Source: Eledone cirrhosa (Eukaryota). From it: a stretch of DNA of 64,000 nt. Numbering within the stretch: position 1 is the first letter of the stretch; each line of letters begins with the position of its first letter. The stretch is from assembly GCA_964016885.1 (NCBI GenBank), contig OZ024740.1, positions 149,358,001 through 149,422,000 of the forward strand, given 5' to 3'. The notes below the pieces were generated by a model. It made no database searches. It was not told where the DNA came from and saw only the letters and a program-made list of their open reading frames with translations. Position numbers and translations under genes: made by a program. Positions 27,822-39,054 of the stretch are shown here, piece after piece.

Positions 27822-27863
<42 letters not shown>

Positions 27864-27865
<2 letters not shown>

Positions 27866-28202
27866 GTGGAAAAGTAAGAAATCGGAGAATAGACCCTGTG
27901 CGTATCGACAATGGTAAGGTTGTAACCTCATCTTGTAACAGATAAAAATTTGTCCGGGAAAGACTGCCCTAACACCGGCCAGAGTTACCTCCTTTGACCT
28001 GCTGCAAAATCAAAACAAGCTATTTTTGCGAGCAATGAACCTTGACGTGAATTTAACCCCAAAAACTCTTTCCGAGCAATGTAAGGAACACTTTTGGTTA
28101 TTTATGCCCTTGAGAAGCCGAACTGGGTGAAACGTACGTAGGTGCTGTTTTAAATAAACATGTTTTAACGGTCTATTCTCCGATTTCTTACTTTCCCACG
28201 TG
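27864..28202. mobile_element. Short PLE-type element with ~30-bp terminal inverted repeats and an internal hammerhead
   Basis: acgtggaaaagtaagaaatcggagaatagacc ... ggtctattctccgatttcttactttcccacgt. Confidence 0.7.
28106..28145 (+). ncRNA. Minimal type I hammerhead (U3-A8 variant)
   Basis: gccc-UUGAGAA-GCC(gaacug)GGU-GAAA-CGUACG-U-A/ggugc, with a palindromic stem III. Confidence 0.7.
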
Positions 28203-28349
28203 CTAACTCTCTAGCCCACTAAATATTAACACTTCGAATATTTAATACTGCCGGCACTAGTATCGAGCACCTTTGGCATACGCTACTTGGCAAATAACTA
28301 TATGTATCACCTATCCTCCCCTTTTTTTCTCTCTCTCGATACGTAAATA

Positions 28350-28446
<97 letters not shown>

Positions 28447-29043
28447 CCCGATACTGAGCAATCCAGATTTTATCCCTCTCTATACGATCTCTGCATCTCC
28501 CTATTCATTGAGTACCCCGATGATTAGTGGTCCCATCCGTCTCAAAACCCCGGAATGTTTGAACTTGAGTCATGCAACTTCCGATATGTTAATAAGTATA
28601 CAAAAACCGATGGTATATATATATATATACGTAGGGTTTAGTGTACCAGGCTTTGTGGTTACAGCATCGTTATCAAATTGTAAGGTTGTGAGTTTGATAC
28701 ATTGTGTTCTTCAGCAAGAACATTAGTATGAGCATTGTTCCATTTCACTCAGCTGTAGAAATGAGTTGCGACATCATTGCTGCCAAACTATATCAGCCTT
28801 TGCCTTTCCCTTGGACAACATCAGTGTCGTGGAGAGGGGAAATGGTATGCATGGGTTACTGCTGGTCTTCCATAAAAACAACTTGCCTGGACTTGTGACT
28901 CGGAAGTGAAACTTTCTTGGTGCAAAACCCATGATTATTCGTGACCAAATGGGGCAAAAAAAAGTATATATTTACCTATACGAGGTTCTTTCTTTACTAA
29001 TTACAACATCACATTCAGACAACTATATACGTATTCAGGCAAC

Positions 29044-29087
29044 TTTATGAAAAGGCTTGCCGAACACACAAGCCGAAACCGCTCAAC
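29044..29087 (+). ncRNA. Degenerate hammerhead-like motif
   Basis: AUGAAAA-GGCUUG(ccgaacaca)CAAGCC-GAAA-CCGC-UC. Stem II is perfect, but core position 3 and stem I have decayed. Confidence 0.4.
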
Positions 29088-29589
29088 ATTTTATCCAACA
29101 GTTTTTGCTTAAAACATTAAAGTCGACTTTAATCAATGTATACTTCTAATCTTGATGATTAAATTATAGATTATTTTTACGTTTTTAGAAATCACTAACA
29201 CACCACCAGAGAAAAATGCTTTGTATGATAATCATATAAAAATACGATAAGAATTTTACTACCATCGAATAGTAGAGAAAAATATGACAAAACTCTCACA
29301 CTCCTCTTTTCCACATCATCCAAAGGATTGATGCACTAATCTTGATAAAGAATGTATAGTTAATACTCTATGTGTATAATCTTGCTTTAAGTATCACAAA
29401 GTTATTTTAACATATTTTGCACTACACCCTTTCACTGATTTACGTTGGATCAATATCTGTCTGAAATAGTTCTTGTAGAAAACGACAACAGTAAACACTA
29501 TTTTTATTTATATATTTATCTTTTACACTGATAGGAAAAGGTGGAATTTGTATGTTTTAAGTCTCCCACGAAGATCATATAACTAATAT

Positions 29590-29780
29590 AATTGTTTCTA
29601 CATTGGGCACAAGGCCAGCAATTACCCTAGTGCATTACTGGTCCTTTATTTTATCGACCCCGCAAGGATGAAAGGCAAAGCTAACCTCGGCGAGATTTGA
29701 ACTCAGAACTAAAGCGCCATAACTCTATGCTGCAAAACATGGTGTCTGACACTCTACCGATACTGCCAAGCCACCGCCCT
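29590..29780 (-). mobile_element. tRNA-derived SINE copy
   Basis: Family consensus. Confidence 0.8.
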
Positions 29781-30050
29781 TATAACTTATATAATAACAG
29801 TAGTGCAGGTCAAACTTAAATTTAAGGAATAAACCTAGGTGAATAGAGGTGTGCAGGGGGTGCTAAAAAATGTAAACGGTATTTAATATGTCTAACTGTA
29901 ATCGTAATGAAACAGATTACTTGTATAATGTGAGAGCGTGTTTGATTTATAATTATAATCGGGTGAAATCAGGCACAACCTGTCCAAACCATCGGTTTTT
30001 GTATACTTATTAACATGTCGGAAGTTGCATGACTCAAGTTCAAACATTAA

Positions 30051-30289
30051 CCCTTTTTATACCAACCCGCCTAAAATCACCCCAATTCTATTAGAACAAA
30101 CCTCTTGTAACCTATTCATACTTAAATAAAATATGTCATGGAAGGAACTTTATGTTCAGCTATTTGCTATACACCATCAAAATGATGTGGTTAATTATTT
30201 TACTAAATTCCTTAAAATTGTTGATTATTTACAAAATTAATTGGAAAACATAGGTGGTGTATTTAATTAGAAATATAGAAATGAAAGGG
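30051..30289. mobile_element. piggyBac-like MITE
   Basis: TTAA|CCCTTT ... AAAGGG|TTAA termini with a TTAA target-site duplication. Confidence 0.65.
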
Positions 30290-30984
30290 TTAAAAACATT
30301 GTGTCTTCGAATGGTAAAATGACGATGTGAATCCTAATTATGATGTTACAGCATCGAAACTTAATTCAATAACCAATCAGTCATGAATAATTATATCGTG
30401 AAAAATCTATAGAGTTCAGTTTACCTGGTGGGAAACTTATTCAAGTTTTGTCTGTTTGTATATGATTGTTAGTGTATCTAAAGATAGACTTTATCCTTTT
30501 CATTTACGTCATTTTTCCGTTTCACTTTTATTTATTTATTTATTAAGTGAAGGAAGGTAATGTCCGTGCTGGTGTGGCTGATTTTCATGCCGAAAACTAT
30601 AACGAAACCGTCGGTTGGTTGATACTTCCAAATATAGCAAGTCTTTGAGTAAAACAAATATTGTTTAGTGAGGGATCTTGGAGATAAGATATAATGACGA
30701 AAACGTGGAGAAGAGAAAGGATAAATCTGGTGGACTTGGATAGAGGTGTGAGCAGGTAGCCAGTTATAAGAAGAACATCATTACAGTGATGAAAGTGTGC
30801 CTCTGAGCTAGCAGTTGAATGTTAGCCAATCAGTCAAAATGCATGAACACTTAAATATAGCATCTCACACTCCTTAAAATTATGGAAATTCTTTTTTAGC
30901 TTACTGGGATAAAAGTTTTTCCGCGATTTCTAACGCAAACAAGCCGGAAAAACGTACACACATATGAATAAGAGTCTTTTCACT

Positions 30985-31064
<80 letters not shown>

Positions 31065-31760
31065 TTTTTTCCATTGGTCATTTCTAGATGCTAGACATTC
31101 TAATCATTATCCTGCTGTGTTAGAAACCCATTAACGCTTATATGGAACGTATCACTCGATTATTCCGAAAACATGTGCATTCTTGATTCATTAACTCAAT
31201 CATATATTCATTCAGAAGACAAAGAATCCAAACAAATCTAACCGAGTACTACTTCATGCACTCTTTAATGGGTCACCTCTAATAGATTTTATGTAGGCAA
31301 TATATAAAATTAGATCGCACTCCATAAGGAAATGAATGATCCGTATAAAGCAGATTTCTGCTAAAGCTAACAGAAAAATTACAAAATAAACCTAATGTCC
31401 AGTACATAATTGTAAATCTTAATCAAAAATATGAGAATTCTGGCTTCATTATTCGCGACGGATCCTACATTTTTTTTGCTTTCTGGTTCTTTGTTCAGCT
31501 CTGCACCAATAACATAAGAATTATTAAGTATTAGCTTGATCTCATCTTGATATTATATCCCTTCTTTAAAAAGACAGCTACAGTAAGAAAAGAAGACTAG
31601 ATTCTAGTAGAGTAAAATCAACCAGCATACAATAATTGTCTAAATATGTCCAATCTGGTGTATGACGACGCTGACCATTACTAGCGTCATAATTCTACTA
31701 CATGTATTTATTTGCGGCACATCACCTTATTATATACATACCTGCGTATATAGTATATTG

Positions 31761-31797
<37 letters not shown>

Positions 31798-31800
<3 letters not shown>

Positions 31801-31972
31801 TACAGAAAAAAGAGAATCAGCGTTGCGACGAAAGGAATTTATTGGACATATTACAAATGTCAGGAATGATCAACATATCGATCGTGCCTTGAGCTGGTCG
31901 CCCGAGAAACATTTGTAATATGTCCAATAAATTCCTTTCGTCGCAACACTGATTCTCTTTTTTCTGTGATAT
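31798..31972. repeat. ~62-bp-arm inverted repeat (PLE-type foldback)
   Basis: acagaaaaaagagaatcagcgttgcgacgaaagg... / ...cctttcgtcgcaacactgattctcttttttctgt. Confidence 0.75.
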
Positions 31973-32334
31973 CATACTCTGCTCTACGAGGGCATCGAGT
32001 GCTCATACGGCCTACCGCATACGGACGCTTTAAGCATCGAACACCAATTATATATATATATAAATATATATACATAAGTTAGGTGCCCCAAAACGGGGAG
32101 AAATGAGGCAAAATGGGGAGATTTTAATGAAAGCTATAAACATTTGCACAAGAGAAGACATCTCTCACCCACCCCAAAGTGGGTGGGAGATCTCCTCGTC
32201 GGACGGGGCGAGTTGACAAGTCTGCTGCCATTGCTTTCTTCCCTTGCATCATAATTAATCAGCTTGAGACTCATATGATGAAAATACATATAAGCTACTG
32301 GGAAATAATGTTAGTTTTATATAAAGTATATCAT

Positions 32335-32386
<52 letters not shown>

Positions 32387-32394
32387 TTTATCCC

Positions 32395-32530
32395 GGGTTC
32401 AATCGGGGGTAACCACAGTAAGTAACTCAATACATAGCAGAGTATAAATATTTAATATAGAAATGGCTTCTACGGGACTAGAACTGTTTCATTCGAGAGA
32501 AACAGTTCTAGTCCTGTAGAAGTCATTTCT
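32395..32530. mobile_element. Non-autonomous PLE-type repeat (family also at about 10130-10245, 49574-49730 and 56515-56640)
   Basis: Shared gttcaatcgggggtaa(c/t)cacagta...tagaaatggcttctac...ctagaactgtttcattcg. This copy ends in a foldback. Confidence 0.7.
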
Positions 32531-32534
32531 CTCC

Positions 32535-32582
<48 letters not shown>

Positions 32583-34268
32583 ATATATATATCTAAAGTA
32601 GTCATGAACATTTTATTTTATTTTATTTTAAATATATTCGAATTATAATTTCGTTTCTTAGTCCAAGATATCAAAATGCGAGACTAGAGGATCTGTTTTA
32701 CAGATTCTTCCTATATATTTATTGTTTTTTTTTTACAATTTTTTCCTGTTTTGTTGTTTTTTTGTTTTTTGTCGTTTTTAAATACGGTGGTTATGTTCTA
32801 TTTTTCCACATTTTAGATAGCAATAACTTTTCATATGATTTCCAACTGCTTCATTCTACTTCATTCTGCTATCATTCAAATGTGTACAGACACTTATTTT
32901 AAATAAAATATTGATGCATGAATTTAATTGGCACTTGAAAATATTCTATCTTGTAAAACATTAACATTGTTTTGAAGTATTTATTTAAATTTTTTTAAAG
33001 GAAGTTTGAAAACATTACCTGAAATAGCTTCATTATAAACAATTTGGAACGGCATGTTGCTCTTAATAATCGTGGTACTGGAGTGAATCATTTAAATGTT
33101 TAGGTATTTAAATTAACTATAGACCAAGACGCGGTTTTCTCATCGGTAAATTATCTCAAATAAATTTTATTTACCGTAACTTTTTCGATATTCGACTATT
33201 TGACGAGATAGATGAGATGGAATATATTAATAGAGTGATATCTAGTTGGTTATCTGGATGAATGAGTGGATGGATAGATGGGTGCGTTAATAGATATATT
33301 TCTTTATTTGCGAGAGGGGTGTACAAAAATGGGATATTACAAGACGTGATGGCGGGGGTTTAACATTAACATTAATAAATAACAATAAACTATATATAAT
33401 AAAATAACAATTGAAATCCCCAATAGGGGGTAACTTTACTGCAGGGTTGTTTTACAACCCCGTAGATAGAACAACACCAGGAACACGTTTTGTAGGTGTT
33501 CCCGTCTCCCCTCTGTTTATCTTCCTCAACCTACAGATGCGTTAATAGATAGATGAGTAGTTTGAACAGGTTGATTGATTAACGATTGACTGGATGAATG
33601 GATTGATGGATGGGGAAATGGATTAATATATTGATTGTTTAACTGGCATTTAGAAATTTTGCAAACTTCAAACTAAGCAAAATACACAGTTGTTTAGTAT
33701 AATCAAGTGTTCAATATGTACTTTTAAAAGTAAACTTATCAAATGCTATTTTATTACAAGTGTACAGAGTTTCTTCTATGCGTATGTGATAACTAGTATT
33801 AGAATATCATGTCCGAGAGTGATTAATGGCAGGGATTACTAAATTCATGAGTACCAGATGATGGCTCAAGGTTTTGAATGTAATTCGGTTTCATAAGTCG
33901 ATCACACGCCCAAGTATGGCAAATAACTGTCATAATGCACCATAAGAGTTTTCCGTAATGTTTACAACAGAAACTTAGATAGAAAGCAGAAAGTTGAAAT
34001 TAATTCAGTTTTTCTTTATTTGAATGAAATTAGCTATAATGAATGATGTTTTCAGTGAGATAAAGGTTGCAATATCTTGACCCATTCCTAATCGATAGTT
34101 TTCTGCTCAGGTCTTCCTGTCTAATGTTTGCTCAGTATTGTTTTTTTTTTTCTTTTTTTTTTTTCTTGATTTTCAAATAGATTTCAAGTGTACTAGATTA
34201 TTAATATAAACGAAATTTTCATAACTGCTCTGTGATCTTTGTATAGCTGATTGATATATTTTCTGAAG

Positions 34269-34319
34269 TGACGTCAGCATGGTATATTAAATACTACCCC
34301 AGCCATTTCCGTTTCAGTC
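34269..34319 (+). promoter_or_regulatory. Candidate Pol II core promoter (CRE + TATA-like + Inr)
   Basis: Palindromic TGACGTCA (34269-34276), TATATTAAA (34283-34291) and TCAGTC initiator (34314-34319) about 31-33 nt downstream of the TATA-like box, in apparently unique sequence. Confidence 0.45.
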
Positions 34320-34712
34320 AACAGAGCACCATACTTCGGAAATTGCATATCGGTTCCTTTAGTTATTCGGCTGTTCACAATACTTTTGCAATTTGATGTC
34401 TAACCTCACTGAACATGCTTCTGTTTTCCAAATATACTAGAATGATAGAATTCAGAAAACTTCTTTTCCTGAACTACCAAAAGTTAACAAAAATAATGTA
34501 AAATGAACCTACATCTACATTTAGTAAAATATTATAAGATTTTAATAAAATAACGTAATTATTATGACGCTAAACTTGACAAAATACCATCTAAGAGAGA
34601 AAGTGAGAGTCTTGGCATGGTCATTCGTTTTGCTAAATATAACAGCCAAATCTCCTTCAATTCACACTACATTAATTTAAAGGAAATAACAAATTTGACG
34701 TTGCATTCATAA

Positions 34713-35060
34713 TAATCGTTTCTAGTTTTGGCACAAGGCCAGCAGTTTATTACTTCTACTTTATTTTATCGACCCCGTAAGGATGAAAGGCAAAGTTAAC
34801 TTCAGCGGGATTTAAACTCAGATCATAAAGGACCGTAACTGTATACTGCAAAGCATGGCGTCTGACCCATAATAATTGTTTCTACTTTTGGCACAAGGCC
34901 AGCAATTACCCAGTGCATTACTGGTACTTTATTTTATCGACCCCGTAAGGATGAAAGGCAAAGTTAACCTCGGCGGGATTTGAACTCAGAATGGCAAGGG
35001 CCGTAACTCTATGCGTCAAAGCATGGTGTCCGACCCGCTACCGTTACTGCCAATCCACCC
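34713..35060 (-). mobile_element. Two tandem tRNA-derived SINE copies
   Basis: About 34713-34870 and 34873-35060. Confidence 0.85.
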
Positions 35061-35108
35061 TAGCTCTAAGTAACAACTTCTGTGAGGAAGCGATATTACA
35101 TCTATCTG

Positions 35109-35175
<67 letters not shown>

Positions 35176-35672
35176 CTCTCCTTAATGCTATACATACACG
35201 CACACATACATGCATACATATATACAGATAAATTGCAGATATAGATACGCATATACAAATAAATATGCTTATAAATAAAAACAGTCAGAATACATAGATG
35301 TGCGTTGGTATACACTCCCCGATATATAAGTCGTTTCACTTAATTCAAATTGCTTCAGAGGTATTTTTCAAGATTGTAAATAATTTCTTATATACATAAT
35401 TTTCAGGTGGAATTTTGTTGTGGGGTAGAAAATGCGGTGGCTTGCTATCATAATTCTTTTTACTGGAAACAAATTCATTAACTTTTGAACTACTACTACT
35501 AGCGGCGAATTGAGAGAGTGTTGGATTAAATGCTTCGGCGTTCGGTTCGGCTCTCTGAGTTCAAATCCCGCCGAGATCAAATAATAAGTTTAAACAGCTG
35601 GAAAACTGCATGAATATTTCAGTATAAATTTCATATGGAAAAAAACACTTTCTACTGAGCTTACTTACTTAC

Positions 35673-35768
<96 letters not shown>

Positions 35769-35773
35769 TACAA

Positions 35774-36677
35774 TTAACAGTGCTGCGATCGAATGTGGCT
35801 TTTTAGCCCAGCCAATGATCTAAAATGTCTTGTGTAGAGTTGGCAACCAAAACATTCACTGGCAATAGCCGGCTGTGGTTGGAGTTCATGTACTTTTGCA
35901 TATCGTTTGAGCCCTCCTGCTGATCTATACTCTCTTCCACATGCTTGGCAGGCATGATGAGTAGCATCTCCAACAGCAGCCTGGTAGTCAATCACTGGTC
36001 TCACTTTATGACTGCGAAGATGACTTTTAAGTCCAGCTTTGCTGATGCAGAGTCTCACACAGACGTTGCATGTCAGCGCCATAGGCGGACCTTCGCTGTC
36101 TGGAAATGCAACAGCAATGCCCTTCCTCACATCCCTTTTTTATTTCTCGTATGCGATTCGAGATGCTTCAAAGGCAACTTTTCCCTCATATACAGTTTTT
36201 CTCCATTTATTACGATCAGCAGCTACGTCTTCCAATGTATCAGCAGATATGTTAGCGTCTTTCAAAGAGGCTTTCAACGAATCCTTATACCCCTTTTTTA
36301 GTTTATGTGGAGGTCATTTTCCTTTAACTAACTCTCCATAAAAGAGTTGTTTCGGTATTCTAGAATCCTTCATCCTGGCAATGTGACCGCTCCATCGATG
36401 TCTTTGCTTAAGCACAAGAGCTTCTGTACTGTCACACATAGAGCTTTCCAAAATCTCGACATCACTGATGTGGTCCCTCCAGTGAACGCCATGGATCCGT
36501 GTGAGACACATCTGATGGAAATGCTCCAATTGTTTAAGGTTGTGTCGATATGTGACCCAGGTCTTGCAGGCATAAAGGAGAGAAGAGATCACATATACAC
36601 CTTTACCTTTGTCTTCTTGCATATATCTCGCTGACCCCAGAGCCGCCTTTATAGCTTTCCGAAAGCATCACTTGCTG
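35774..36677 (-). mobile_element. 5'-truncated RTE LINE (3' end with three C2H2 fingers)
   Basis: Closely similar to 43746-44650. The stop codon is followed almost directly by (TG)n. Confidence 0.9.
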
Positions 36678-37081
36678 ATATACATACATACATACATACA
36701 TACATACATACATACATACATACATACATACATGTATGTGTATTTATACGTGTGTGTATAGTTAATTCCGCTTCACAGTCATGCGGATTTCATAGAGTGG
36801 TATCTCGGGTAAGCAATATATAACCTCATATCGACTCAATCAAACCCGAAAATGGATTTGGATTGGCGGAAACTGTGGATTGTATTTTATATTAAAATAT
36901 CTAGCATTGCCAGATATTGTACCACGCTAATTGTGTCAGAGAATTATGTTAAGGGCACATCAGTCTGTGAAATATTCAGTAGCATGCACGTTAATTTAAC
37001 GGCTTTGTAGTTCAGTTGATCGAAACACTAAATGCTCATCTTCGAAACCGATGGAGAATCCGTCATATTATATTATTGCAT

Positions 37082-37250
37082 TAGAGGGTCGGACGCCATG
37101 CTTTCCAGCATAGAGTTACGTCCCTTTACGATCTGAGTTCAAATCCCGCCGAGGTTGACTATGCCTTTCATCCTTACGGGGTCGATAAAATAAAGTACCA
37201 GTAATGCACTGGGTAATTGCTGGCCTTGTGCCTAACGTAGAAACAATTAT
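37082..37250 (+). mobile_element. tRNA-derived SINE copy
   Basis: Family consensus. Confidence 0.85.
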
Positions 37251-37482
37251 TTTCCTGATTACTATTGTCAGATTGTAGCTCTACCGGAATTCTTCCTCCA
37301 CAGTTGTAATCGATTATACCAACTTCGATACATTAGAGCTACTAATTTTATCGACTTCCAAAAAGTAAAAGGCAAAGTCGACTTGGGCTCCATTTAAGCT
37401 TACAACGCAATCGGACCTGACTAAACCGTACAATATATTTTGGTCATTACTCTATCCATACACTGCAGATGAATGTGGCCGT

Positions 37483-37553
<71 letters not shown>

Positions 37554-39054
37554 ACATGTGCGTGCGTGTGTGGGCGTGCGCGCGCGTTTGTTTTTGTGTG
37601 CGTATGCACCTGTGTACCTTAGCAGGCGAGAGGGATAGACAGATTGTGTGCATCAGTAAAGGAGAAGTTTGATTTAAAAGAAGTAAAATAAGAATATATT
37701 AGAAGAAAAACTGATAAATCATAATTTTTTTGAGGAGGCAAAACAAAATAAGTTTGAGTAGGCAAAACAAAATAAGTCAAAAACAGACTCATGAAACATT
37801 TTCAATAAACGTAATATCTCATGTGATTTGAACATTGCATACAAATTACAAGTAAATACAGTAGTTAAACATAAGTCTGGCATTGTTTCAATATCAAAGT
37901 TCTACATTTAATAGCGTTGTTTGACAAATTAACCAAATATTCTATTGACGTAAAAAATCGTTATGTTCAATGTAATGTACCGAAACGTGTGTGAAAAATT
38001 ACTGTAAAACATTCCTGTTTGCTATTGTATTTAAAGCTTTTAATGACCTGTCCGTATTAACTCAACAACAATGGAGTTGCGGAATCATTGGAGAACTGAG
38101 CTAAATGCATTTAAGTAGTTAGGTCAATGTTCTGAATTCCAAATCTGCCGAGTTGACGCTTACCTTCTATTGCGTCGAAGTCGGAGAAGCAATCCTAGAG
38201 ATGTATGAATATCCATTTAATCAATATATAATTTACAAATCTGTAAACATTTCACCTGCTAGAAATAGCAGCAATATCACTGCAAATCGCAAGCCTCTCT
38301 ACTAAAAATGAAAGGACATTGCCTGATCGCCCTTAAACATAGATCAGCCTAATATGAACTACTCTGGAGCTAAACAATAACAATAACAATAAAATCAATA
38401 TGTGGCCCATTTCGAAAGTAATAAGTGAGTACTGATTTTACTTAACTTTCTTTTCTCTGATAACAGATCTGAATGCTGATGTAAAAATATTCCAGAAACC
38501 AAAGTTTTGTATGTAAATTTGATAAATGCAAGATATTTTTACGCTTATTCCAGGTAAAAGTATAATACGACCATTTCTAGCGGAAAAATTAACGTTTTCC
38601 TATATAAATATTAGATTAATATCTACGGCATCATTTACGTGTGTGGGGTTCATGTGTGTATGTGCGAGCATGTGTGTGTGTCTGTGTGTGTGCGTGTGCT
38701 TGTGTGTTTGTATGTGTATGTGTGCGTGCGCGTGTGTATATGTGCGCGCAAGTATAATATTATTAAAAGTATTGCGAAGTTTCGACGGTAGATGCTTCTC
38801 AAACAAAGATGCTAGTAACAGGGAAACTGCGAAGTAAACAGTCAATAATAATAACAAATGCTATTTTGACTGTATAAAAAATATTGTGTCATTCAATAGT
38901 TACATGATTAATGTTTTTAGGTATTCGAACCTATGAACCCAATAAAATAAATGTTTAGTATGCATACATGCACACATACATACATACATACATACATACA
39001 TACATACATACATACATACATACATACATACATACATACATACATACATACATA

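Larger units (their letters stand above)
24914..27825 (+). mobile_element. Penelope-like element (RT + C-terminal GIY-YIG; Naiad-like), 5'-truncated with a 5' inversion
   Basis: 24916-24942 is the reverse complement of 27717-27743 (the PLE hallmark inverted pseudo-LTR piece). The ORF is followed by a long 3' region with a hammerhead, and the element is flanked by (AT)n. Confidence 0.9.

Noticed and set aside
35774-36130. Stand-alone C2H2 zinc-finger host gene
   Set aside because: It is the C-terminus of a truncated RTE LINE, near-identical to 43746-44100.
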